A stretch of DNA of 64,000 nucleotides from Bacteroidota bacterium (GTDB lineage: Bacteria; Bacteroidota; Bacteroidia; Flavobacteriales_D; UBA2798), in the NCBI GenBank assembly GCA_049322335.1, contig JBMORL010000020.1:58482-122481 (forward strand), in the 5' to 3' direction. Both the position numbers and the translations under genes were made by a program. Below the pieces are notes generated by a model. The model was not told the DNA's origin, did no database searches, and saw only the letters and a program-made list of their open reading frames with translations. Of the stretch, positions 25,075 to 33,649 are shown piece after piece (the first letter of the stretch is position 1; each line of letters starts with the position of its first letter).

Positions 25075-26572
25075 TTCCTTTTACCGGTATTTTAAGTTTT
25101 TGTCCGGTTTGCAAACTGTTGCCCTTTAAACCATTTTGTTTTTTAATCTGGTCAACCGTAACACCGTATTTATTGGCAATGTACCACAGTGAGTCACCTG
25201 ATTTTACGGTATACGTTTTATAGGTGGTAGTGGCTGCTTTTTGCGTTGCCCCGGTGTTGTTGGCGGTTACAACTTTTGTTTCTGCCGTCTTATTTTCATT
25301 AACGGCAACAGTGGCAGAATTATTGTCTGCCGTTCCTTCAGTGGTTTTGATCACCAGTCTTTTTCCCGGGGAAACGCTGTTGGAAGAAAGATTATTCCAC
25401 TTTTTAATATCTGCAACTGATACTGCGTATTTGGTGGCGATAGTAGAGAGATATTCGCCTTTTCTTACCGTATGTACTTTTTCGCTGGCTAAAACAGTTT
25501 CGGCATCGGGACGTTTGTTGTAATTGTAGATACTGTCTTCTTTCACAACAAAATCACCCAGTTTGTCTTTGGGAAGATAGAGATACGATGTTTTCCCTTC
25601 GAGTTTAGGAATGACGGTTGTTTTATATACCGGGTTTAAAAACTTCAGTTCATCAATACCCATATTCAGCATAGCTGCCACGTTATTCATATCGAGTTGC
25701 TGTGTTACCTGCACGGTATCGTATTCAAAATATCTCATTTTGGGTTCGATGGGATACATATTGTGTTCTGCTGAGTGAGTCATTACATACACCACACCAA
25801 TAAAAGCGGGCACATATCCCTGGGTTTCGGCCGGCAGGTAATTGTAAATTTCCCAATAGGTGGTTTTTCCTCCTGATCTGCGGATCGCGTTGTTCACTGT
25901 TCCGGGGCCTGCGTTATAGGCGGCCAGTGTCATGTTCCAGTCTTTATAAAATCCATAGAGATATTTCAGATAGCGACAGGCGGCATCGGTAGCTTTAATC
26001 GGATCGCAACGCTCATCGATGTAGGAATTAATTTCGAGTCCCATCAGTTTACCGGTGGGCATCATAAATTGCCATAATCCCATTGCGCCTGCGGGAGATT
26101 TTGCTTTTGGATTAAGAGCCGATTCCACAATAGGAAGGTATTTTAATTCGAGAGGAATGTCGTATTTATCGAGTGCCTGTTCGAACATGGGAAAGTAAAT
26201 TTCGGTCATGCCTAAAATCTGCTGGGAATATTTGCGGTAACGAACAGCATACAGATCAATGAACGCCTGCACTTTGTCGTTGTAGACAAATTCCATTGGC
26301 GTTTTGGTGTCCATTTTTTTGATGCGCTGTTTATAAACTGCTTCCGAATATTTGGGCACAGAATCAGCGGGGAAATTATACTTGTTTGTTTTATCAGCAG
26401 AAAATTTGTTGCTCTGAAGGAATTTAAGGGTAAGCAAACTATCGATCATGGATATGATCGGTTCATTCATTTTCGTACGCAAAGTAGTATCCGGATCAGC
26501 ATCAGCAGCGTGGCCAAAACTCAGTCCCGACAAAAAAACAAAAACCACTACTGTTCCGATCTTCACTTTCAT
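25067..26572 (-). CDS. Lytic transglycosylase (SLT domain) with two C-terminal LysM domains (MltD-like)
   Basis: Catalytic region LPIVESALNPKAKSPAGAMGLWQFMMPTG. Two LysM repeats are present (HTVRKGEYLSTIATKYAVSVADIKKWNNL and YTVKSGDSLWYIANKYGVTVDQIKKQNGL). Confidence 0.85.
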   Translation of the reverse strand: MKVKIGTVVVFVFLSGLSFGHAADADPDTTLRTKMNEPIISMIDSLLTLKFLQSNKFSADKTNKYNFPADSVPKYSEAVYKQRIKKMDTKTPMEFVYNDKVQAFIDLYAVRYRKYSQQILGMTEIYFPMFEQALDKYDIPLELKYLPIVESALNPKAKSPAGAMGLWQFMMPTGKLMGLEINSYIDERCDPIKATDAACRYLKYLYGFYKDWNMTLAAYNAGPGTVNNAIRRSGGKTTYWEIYNYLPAETQGYVPAFIGVVYVMTHSAEHNMYPIEPKMRYFEYDTVQVTQQLDMNNVAAMLNMGIDELKFLNPVYKTTVIPKLEGKTSYLYLPKDKLGDFVVKEDSIYNYNKRPDAETVLASEKVHTVRKGEYLSTIATKYAVSVADIKKWNNLSSNSVSPGKRLVIKTTEGTADNNSATVAVNENKTAETKVVTANNTGATQKAATTTYKTYTVKSGDSLWYIANKYGVTVDQIKKQNGLKGNSLQTGQKLKIPVKGNG

Positions 26573-26740
26573 AATCCCGGGTTTAAAGGGTTAAACGTTA
26601 TAAAAAAGTACAGGTTAAGCAGGTTTGGATAAAACAAAAAGAACCACCCTTTTATTTTAAACAGCGTGAATTTAGCAAAATAATCGAAGGTGCTTCCCGG
26701 CAAATCTGTTAAGGTTTTCAACTCTTTAATTAACAGTGGA

Positions 26741-28156
26741 TTATATTTCCATAGTTTTCGCAAAAGCCAGTAAATCAGCTTCTTTGAAATCACCCGCCAT
26801 AAGCTGAATACCGAAAGGGAGTCCGTTGGAGTGAGTGCCAAGAGGTAATGAAACAGCGGGAATTCCGGCAAGATTGGCCTGAACAGTAAAAATATCTTCG
26901 AGATACATTTCCACCGGGTCGGCACTTTTTTGGCCAAAGGGAAATGCTGTATTGGGTGTAGTGGGAGTAAGAATAAACTGGTAGCGGGAAAGTATTTCCA
27001 GTGTTTTTTCACGAATGATTCTGCGCACTTTCATGCCTTTGGTGTAATACGCATCATAATAACCGGCACTCAAAACAAAAGTACCAAGCATGATTCTTCG
27101 CTTTACTTCTTTTCCGAATCCTTCGGTGCGCGATTTTTTGTAGGTGGTATCTACATCTGTTGCATTTTTGGAACGATAGCCATAGTGAATTCCATCGTAG
27201 CGGGCAAGATTGGAAGAAGCTTCAGCAGTGGTTAATACATAATAAGCGGGAACCAAATGACCGAGATAAGGAAAATCAACCGGTTCAACAATATGTCCCT
27301 GCGCTTTTAATTTTTCCACCTGCGACATAAAACATTTTTTTACCTCATCATTCAGTCCCGGATTATCAATACAATCTTTGATATAGGCAATTTTTGTTTT
27401 TCCGGCAAAAGCGGGAACCTGAGAATATTTTTCAACGGGTTTGGAAGAGGTGGTGCTGTCGTAATCATCAGATCCGGCCATTACTTCCATCACTAAAGCA
27501 GCGTCATCTACGTTAGTTGTTATCGGGCCGATCTGGTCGAAGGACGAGGCATAGGCCAGCAAGCCATAACGCGAAACTCTTCCGTAGGTGGGCTTTAGTC
27601 CTACTGTTCCGGTAAAAGAAGCGGGCTGGCGAATGGAGCCACCGGTATCAGAACCGAGCGCCACAGTACATAACCCTGCGCGGACTGCCGCAGCCGAGCC
27701 GCCAGATGATCCACCGGGAACACATTTTTCGCTGATGGGATTGAGCACTTTTCCGAAATACGAAGTTTCATTGGAGCTTCCCATAGCAAATTCATCACAG
27801 TTGGTGCGGCCGATGATGATGGCGTCTTCTGCCAGCAACCGTTCCACAACAGTAGAACTGTATAAAGATTCGAATCCTTCAAGAATATGGGAAGAAGCAG
27901 AAACTTTATGGCCTTTGTAGCAGATATTGTCTTTTATGGCCACCACCATTCCTGCCAGTTTTCCGGCTGTTTTATTTTTCAGTTTTTCATCTGTTTTCTT
28001 CGCTTTTGCAAGTGCTGAGTCGCGAAAAACTTCCAGGAAAGCATTAAGGTGTTTTTTATTTTCAATTTCGCGGAGGTAGTGTTCCGTTATGGTTACACAA
28101 TTTACCTTGCCAGCATTAAGATCCTGGCGGATTTCACCATAGTTTTTCCACGACAT
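26741..28156 (-). CDS. gatA: Glutamyl-tRNA(Gln)/aspartyl-tRNA(Asn) amidotransferase subunit A
   Basis: Amidase signature GGSSGGSAAAV..LGSDTGGSIRQPASF, 471 aa, and an N-terminus typical of GatA. Confidence 0.93.
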   Translation of the reverse strand: MSWKNYGEIRQDLNAGKVNCVTITEHYLREIENKKHLNAFLEVFRDSALAKAKKTDEKLKNKTAGKLAGMVVAIKDNICYKGHKVSASSHILEGFESLYSSTVVERLLAEDAIIIGRTNCDEFAMGSSNETSYFGKVLNPISEKCVPGGSSGGSAAAVRAGLCTVALGSDTGGSIRQPASFTGTVGLKPTYGRVSRYGLLAYASSFDQIGPITTNVDDAALVMEVMAGSDDYDSTTSSKPVEKYSQVPAFAGKTKIAYIKDCIDNPGLNDEVKKCFMSQVEKLKAQGHIVEPVDFPYLGHLVPAYYVLTTAEASSNLARYDGIHYGYRSKNATDVDTTYKKSRTEGFGKEVKRRIMLGTFVLSAGYYDAYYTKGMKVRRIIREKTLEILSRYQFILTPTTPNTAFPFGQKSADPVEMYLEDIFTVQANLAGIPAVSLPLGTHSNGLPFGIQLMAGDFKEADLLAFAKTMEI

Positions 28157-28171
28157 GATAAGAGGAGAAGC

Positions 28172-28348
28172 TTACGCTTTTTTTTCTGATTCTGCAGAGG
28201 CAGCTTTTTCGTCACCTTTGGCAGCGTCTTTAAATTCCTTGATGCCTTTTCCGAATCCTTTCATGAGTTCGGGAATTTTTTTGCCACCAAACAAAAGGAG
28301 GACGATCACTAAAATGAGAACTATTTCCCAGATACCGAATTTGCCCAT
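28172..28348 (-). CDS. tatA: Twin-arginine translocase subunit TatA/E
   Basis: Not in the ORF track (58 aa, below the cutoff). Hand translation of the minus strand gives [58 protein letters not shown]. This shows the TM helix, the FGxxKLPE-like hinge and an amphipathic helix. Confidence 0.8.
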   Translation of the reverse strand: MGKFGIWEIVLILVIVLLLFGGKKIPELMKGFGKGIKEFKDAAKGDEKAASAESEKKA

Positions 28349-28408
28349 AACATCAGTTTTTGTTAGGGTTCAAAAGTAGTATAAAATCGGGAAACGGGGG
28401 CTGATTTA

Positions 28409-29686
28409 TCAATTTTTATACAGCCAGAGCAAGGGATTCTGCTTTCCGATATTCTCTTCGGTGATGTGCCATAGCTCAAAATGGGCTTCCGAAATATTTC
28501 CTTCGGCAGGCAAAAGGGTTCCAAGGTTTTGTTTGGCAGTCACTTTTTGCCCTTTTTTAACAGATACATCAGCCAGGTTGGCATATACCGTACGATAAGC
28601 CCCGTGGCTTACCATCACCACTTTCCCGGCTCCTTCTATTACAAATATGCTGGAAACGGTTCCATCAAAAACAGACCTCACTTTGGCACCTTTGGCAGTA
28701 GCGATATCTATACCGGGGTTATCTTCCCAAACATTGGCCAGGGTAGCATGAGGTACTTTCCCATATCCTTTCACCACTTCTCCTTTTTCCACGGGCCAGG
28801 GCAATACCCCTTTGTTGTTTTCAAATTTTTCCGATTCAATTTTCCCCTCGTGGCTGATGATATAACCCGTTTTGTTTTCTGATTTATTATCGGTTTTTGT
28901 TTTCGTTTTGGATGCTTTGTTTTTTTCTGCTTCTATACGTTGTTGTTCCCTGATTTCTTCTTCAATCGCTTTTTTAATTTGTTGTGCCAGCTGTTTTCTC
29001 TTTTCTTCCTGCCGGGTAAGTTCCTGTTTTAATTTTTTCTCTTCTTTCTGCAATTCAGTAAGGGCTACCTGCTGTTTGGATTTATCTTCCTCAAAGTTTT
29101 TCTTTTCACTTTCCTGTGTTTTGGCCAGCCCGAGTTTTTCGTTTTTCTGTTCTTCGAGTTCGGCTGCTTTAATTTCGAGGTCTTCCTGGGTTTTTTTGAT
29201 CATTTCCACCTGCTTTTTACGATAGTCGCCAAACTGTTGGATGTATTTGATGCGTACATATGCCTGGTTAATATCGCGGGCGGCAAAAACGAACATAAGT
29301 TTATGGTAATTGTTGCGGTGTTTGTAAGCGTAAAATACCATTTTCTTGTATTGTTCCTTGAGGTTTACAAGGTCGTTGTTCATGGCTTCGATCACGCTTT
29401 TATTTTCTTCTATCTGCTGGTTGAGTTTTCTCACCTGCGAGCTGATATTATGGATCAGTTCTTCGCGATAGGAGATTTGCTGGTTGATGATGGCCAGTTC
29501 TGCAATGGAAAGCCGCTGCCGGTTCTTGGTTTCACCGATCAGTTCTTTGGTGCTTTCGATCTTTTTTTCGATTTCGCGCTGTTTCTGTTTTAGCTTTTCG
29601 CTGTTTTTTTGAGCGTGCAGCTGTAGTCCTAACCCCGTGATAACAAGGGTAATAAAGACTTTATTGATCCATTTTTTCGTATCCAT
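28409..29686 (-). CDS. Peptidase M23 family murein hydrolase activator (EnvC-like)
   Basis: Long coiled-coil N-terminal region (K/E/Q-rich). The C-terminal M23/LytM block is NPGIDIATAKGAKVRSVFDGTV..VMVSHGAYRTVYANL..GQKV. Confidence 0.85.
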   Translation of the reverse strand: MDTKKWINKVFITLVITGLGLQLHAQKNSEKLKQKQREIEKKIESTKELIGETKNRQRLSIAELAIINQQISYREELIHNISSQVRKLNQQIEENKSVIEAMNNDLVNLKEQYKKMVFYAYKHRNNYHKLMFVFAARDINQAYVRIKYIQQFGDYRKKQVEMIKKTQEDLEIKAAELEEQKNEKLGLAKTQESEKKNFEEDKSKQQVALTELQKEEKKLKQELTRQEEKRKQLAQQIKKAIEEEIREQQRIEAEKNKASKTKTKTDNKSENKTGYIISHEGKIESEKFENNKGVLPWPVEKGEVVKGYGKVPHATLANVWEDNPGIDIATAKGAKVRSVFDGTVSSIFVIEGAGKVVMVSHGAYRTVYANLADVSVKKGQKVTAKQNLGTLLPAEGNISEAHFELWHITEENIGKQNPLLWLYKN

Positions 29687-30491
29687 CGGGAATCTTAAAC
29701 GGAAATTCCGTGAATTCGTTCACCCTTGTGCGCGAATATTTTAAATTAACCACTGCTTTTTTCCGGGGGGAAGTGGCTGTAATCCGCACTTCGAGTGGGA
29801 CATAGACTGAATCTACCTGTTCATAGGAAAGGTATTCGATATCGAGGCTGGTGGTATCGGTAAGATCGTTGATGATGGTGCGGGCAGGGCGAAAAATTCC
29901 GGGATAAATCCAGTAACGGTAGATATAAGGTTCTTTTTTCTGAAGCCGTTCTTTTTCCATTGCTCTTCTTAATCTTCTTTTTCCTACTGACGATAAAACA
30001 TAATAGGTGCTGTCTTCATGCGATTTGAATTTTTCCACCTGGTCGTAATTAAGCAGGTTTCCCACCAGAAGGTCTTCGAGCATAAAATAATCCAGTTCGG
30101 TATTGAAAAGTGAATTGATATAATTGAAATCGGCTTTGAAATAATTTTTTTCCATTTTATTTACCACCGTCACCGAATCGCGGGTGACCAGGGAAGAGGC
30201 GCCTACGATGCTGGCAATAGTATAGGTACACCAGATAGCGCTGTCTTTACGGATCTTAAGTGACGTTTTAAATTCTTTATTCAGGCTGTCGGAGGTAATA
30301 TCAGTGGAAAGTTTGGAGGAAAAATAATTGAATAACAGCCTATGAGCATGAATACTGTCCAGGAGTTTATTGGCAGAAAGGTTGTGAAGCTTGTGTCCAT
30401 CAAGTGTAATACCCCTTTTTGTGCGGCAGGCGGTGAATGCCAGTGAAAGAAGGCAGATAAAAACGAGGAGGACGCGTGCCGTGTTATTCAT
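29661..30491 (-). CDS. DUF4292-like (LolB-fold) lipoprotein
   Basis: Lipobox LAFTAC and ~270 aa. It occupies the conserved position between the TPR protein and the M23 peptidase seen in Bacteroidota. The family name is recalled, not searched. Confidence 0.5.
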   Translation of the reverse strand: MNNTARVLLVFICLLSLAFTACRTKRGITLDGHKLHNLSANKLLDSIHAHRLLFNYFSSKLSTDITSDSLNKEFKTSLKIRKDSAIWCTYTIASIVGASSLVTRDSVTVVNKMEKNYFKADFNYINSLFNTELDYFMLEDLLVGNLLNYDQVEKFKSHEDSTYYVLSSVGKRRLRRAMEKERLQKKEPYIYRYWIYPGIFRPARTIINDLTDTTSLDIEYLSYEQVDSVYVPLEVRITATSPRKKAVVNLKYSRTRVNEFTEFPFKIPDGYEKMDQ

Positions 30492-32211
30492 AATACTTTT
30501 TGTCGCTGATCTTTTTATCTATTTGGGGAGATGTTTCTCCTTTTTCCTTTGCTTTTTTCCAGTATTCCAGGGCCCGGTCGGTTTTTCCATTCATAAACAG
30601 GGCGTCACCATAGTGTTCAAGAATCACGCCATTTTCAAAACCACCTCCGTTTACTGCTTTTTCGAGCCATAATTCGGCTTTGGCAAAATCTTTCATCTGG
30701 AAAAGGATCCAGGCATAGGTGTCCTGGTAGGACGGTTGCCCGGGCGCCACTTCATTACAGGTAGCCGCCATTTTTGCTGCTTTTTCGAGTTTTATTTTTC
30801 TAACGGACAGGTAATATGCGTAGTTGTTGAGCACATAGGTATTATTGGGATCAATTTCGAGCGCCTTTTCGTAATACGAATCCGAGTTATCATGTTCACC
30901 GGTTTTGTGAAAGGCATCTCCCAGCAACTGGTAAAACTCAAGAAGAAGAGAATTATCGAGCACCAGTTCTTTTCCCGTTAGTAACGCTTCGATAGCTTCT
31001 TCATACTTTTTTTCCTGCACGGCAGCAATGCCAAAAAAATAATAGAACGGGGCCTGGGAGGGAAAAAGTTCAATAGCCTCTTTGCTGTCTTTATACAATG
31101 TTTTCCAATCGTTGAGTTGAGAAGAAAGAATCATCATTTCATTCCAGATAAGGTAAACGCTTTTATCCATCTCTACTGCTTTGCGAAAAGCATCACGCGC
31201 CTCTTTAAATTTTTTATCTCCCGAAAGGAAATCACCGTAAATGGACCAGGCTTTGGCTTCATTGCTATGGACACGAACAAGAATACCAATCAGTTCATAG
31301 GCTTCTTTTTTCATTTCGGGATCAGTAGCAGAACGCTCGTAATAATCGAGCAGTATTTTCATTTTGGTGTCGATGTCCAGCGTAACACTTTCGAAAGCCA
31401 GTTTCAGTTCTTCCCACGATTTTTCTTTTTTTCCTTCATTCCAATAATATTGTGCCAGTGAAAGACGAACAATACCGTTGCCGGGTTCAATTTCCAGTAT
31501 TTTGTTATAATACTCCATTGCTTTTTCCCTGTTGCCCTGTTCTTCATACATCTCGGCAATAATTCCGTAGTTTCTTACTTCATAGGGATTGTTCTTAATG
31601 AGTTTTTCTATTTCGGCAATGGCTTTGTCGTATTTTTTCAATTCCGACCAGATGCGGTATTTTTGAAGTATAATGTCTTCGTTGAACCCATGAATTTTTT
31701 CAAGATCATTCAACACATCCACTGCTTTTGCCGGTTCGTTATTATATAACAAGGCTTCGGAATAGGGAAAATAAAAATCGATATTACCCGGATTTTTCTT
31801 TACCAGTTTGGCAAATACTTCCACCGATTCTTTCATCATATTATTTTTCCGGTAGAGAAAGGCCAGCTGCAATTGCATCCAGTTGTTATCAGGTTCAAAC
31901 TGCACTGCTTTTTTTGCCGCCTCCATCGCTCTTGTATTTTCTCCGGCCATATCATACAACCCCGACAGGTGATAATAAGCGGTTGCATTTTTCGGATCGA
32001 AACGAAGGCATTTTTCGAAACTCAGCAGGGCTTCTTCATACTGGCCACGCATTTTTGCAGTAGTGCCGTCAATAATACAGGCTGATGCGTTGAGGCGCGC
32101 CAGGGTATCATTCATGCCCCTGTCTTTTGGCGCATCAAAAACATTCTGTTTGGTTTTACACGATGCCAGCGCCAGGAAAAATAAAACAATATAGAAAAAC
32201 AGTTTTTGCAT
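30484..32211 (-). CDS. Tetratricopeptide repeat lipoprotein
   Basis: Lipobox LALASC and many TPR-like A/Y/L repeats (e.g. ATAYYHLSGLYDMAGENTRAMEAAKKAVQFEPDN). Confidence 0.8.
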   Translation of the reverse strand: MQKLFFYIVLFFLALASCKTKQNVFDAPKDRGMNDTLARLNASACIIDGTTAKMRGQYEEALLSFEKCLRFDPKNATAYYHLSGLYDMAGENTRAMEAAKKAVQFEPDNNWMQLQLAFLYRKNNMMKESVEVFAKLVKKNPGNIDFYFPYSEALLYNNEPAKAVDVLNDLEKIHGFNEDIILQKYRIWSELKKYDKAIAEIEKLIKNNPYEVRNYGIIAEMYEEQGNREKAMEYYNKILEIEPGNGIVRLSLAQYYWNEGKKEKSWEELKLAFESVTLDIDTKMKILLDYYERSATDPEMKKEAYELIGILVRVHSNEAKAWSIYGDFLSGDKKFKEARDAFRKAVEMDKSVYLIWNEMMILSSQLNDWKTLYKDSKEAIELFPSQAPFYYFFGIAAVQEKKYEEAIEALLTGKELVLDNSLLLEFYQLLGDAFHKTGEHDNSDSYYEKALEIDPNNTYVLNNYAYYLSVRKIKLEKAAKMAATCNEVAPGQPSYQDTYAWILFQMKDFAKAELWLEKAVNGGGFENGVILEHYGDALFMNGKTDRALEYWKKAKEKGETSPQIDKKISDKKYYE

Positions 32212-33213
32212 TTATGCGATTACGTTATAGTCTCCCAGGCTCATGTTATTGGTGGTTCCGCTGTATTCAACGTGATTTCCGATCATAGAGTTGGAAATTT
32301 TGGAATTTTTAATTTTTGTATGCTGCTGAATGATGGAATTCACAATTTCTGATCCCTCAATAATTGTACCTTTCCCGATAGAAACGTGAGGGCCTATTAC
32401 TGAATTTTTCAGCATCACGTTTTCACCAATAAAACAGGGGGGAATTACGGTGCTGCTCTCGTTTTTCAGGTCTTTTGCCACCAGGTTTTCGTTCTTGTGA
32501 AATTCCAGTACACGCTGATTGGTAAAGACGGTAGCATCTTTATTACCGCAATCCAGCCACTCAGCCACCTGGCCGGCAGCGAATTTCACACCTTTTTGTT
32601 TCATGTTCTCGAGGGCATCGGTCAATTGAAACTCATTGTTTCCGCGGATATTGTTATCAATAAGATATTTTAACTCTGCGTGAAGATTTTCCCCGCTTTT
32701 AAAATAATAAATACCAATGATCGCGAGGTCGGAGATAAAGGTTTTTGGTTTTTCGATAAAGTCGGTTATAGTGTTTTCGTTATTGAGTTTCACCACTCCG
32801 AAAGCGGAAGGATTTTCCACTTTCTGTACCCAGATGATACCGTCTTTTGTCTCATCCAGTTTGAATTCGGCACGGAATAATGTATCAGCAAAAGCAACGG
32901 TCACTTTTCCTTTCAGTGAAGGGGCCGCACACAAAACAGCATGGGCCGTACCAAGAGCTTCATCCTGGTAATAAATAGTTCCTTTTGCACCCAGGCTTTC
33001 GGCTATTTTCACCAGCTGGTCTTCCGTTTCTTTTCCGAAGCGGCCAATCACATAAGCGATTTCCTCCACTTTTTCACTGCAAACTTTGGTGATATCTTCT
33101 ACCAGCCATTGAACAATAGGTTTTCCGGCAACAGGTATCAGCGGTTTGGGAACGGTTAAGGTATGCGGCCGCATCCTTTTCCCCATTCCGGCCATTGGTA
33201 CAATAATTCTCAT
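32212..33213 (-). CDS. Sugar-phosphate nucleotidyltransferase with C-terminal left-handed beta-helix
   Basis: N-terminal NTP-transferase motif MRIIVPMAGMGKRMRPHTLTVPKPLIPVAGKPIV. Hexapeptide-like repeats occur near the C-terminus (IGENVMLKNSVIGPHVSIGKGTIIEGSEIVNSII). Confidence 0.75.
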   Translation of the reverse strand: MRIIVPMAGMGKRMRPHTLTVPKPLIPVAGKPIVQWLVEDITKVCSEKVEEIAYVIGRFGKETEDQLVKIAESLGAKGTIYYQDEALGTAHAVLCAAPSLKGKVTVAFADTLFRAEFKLDETKDGIIWVQKVENPSAFGVVKLNNENTITDFIEKPKTFISDLAIIGIYYFKSGENLHAELKYLIDNNIRGNNEFQLTDALENMKQKGVKFAAGQVAEWLDCGNKDATVFTNQRVLEFHKNENLVAKDLKNESSTVIPPCFIGENVMLKNSVIGPHVSIGKGTIIEGSEIVNSIIQQHTKIKNSKISNSMIGNHVEYSGTTNNMSLGDYNVIA

Positions 33214-33407
33214 TCTCTAAATTTAGAAGGTGTAAATTTCAGGGAAAAAACGATATGTGGCCCCTGATTTTACACATGTTTTGAACCGTGCGGTGGGAAA
33301 AGGTTTAAAACAGGCGATCGAAATCTGGTTATTTCGTGGTTGCCGGGGTATTTATATTGGCAGAATACCATTATTGAAAGCGGGTTGCGTGGTGAAATTG
33401 CAATATA

Positions 33408-33552
33408 CTGCTCCTGACGGAGCTCAAAATCAAATGGCCTGTTCTACAAAGATGTCATCCCGCCATTGGCGGGATTCATTAGAGAAACTACAACAAAATC
33501 CCGGAGGGACGGCATCTTTGTAGATTAAAGTGTATTTAGCTCCGTCAGGAGC
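33408..33552. repeat. Nested inverted-repeat (REP/MITE-like) element
   Basis: Outer arms are TGCTCCTGACGGAGCT (33408-33424) and AGCTCCGTCAGGAGC (33538-33552). Inner arms are CTACAAAGATG (33444-33454) and CATCTTTGTAG (33513-33523). The central hairpin is ATCCCGCC-ATTG-GGCGGGAT. Confidence 0.6.
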
Positions 33553-33649
33553 GGCATCTTGTATTTCGCAGTATCGCAGTGCGGGTTTATTTTAATGCTA
33601 TAAACTTGTGTGTTTTACCAAAACAAACTTTTCTCCTTTCCGCGACATT

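Noticed and set aside
26569-27012. 147-aa minus-strand track ORF between the mltD-like gene and gatA.
   Set aside because: It overlaps the 3' part of the well-supported gatA CDS in another frame. It has a low-complexity, proline- and leucine-rich sequence with no start context. It is a shadow ORF.
28155-28379. 74-aa plus-strand track ORF.
   Set aside because: It is antisense to a clear tatA coding sequence and its product has no recognisable features.
33257-33523. 88-aa plus-strand track ORF in the 33.2-33.6 kb intergenic region.
   Set aside because: It reads straight through the nested palindromic element, and the peptide segments are the typical translation artefact of such repeats. It has a non-ATG start and no conservation logic.
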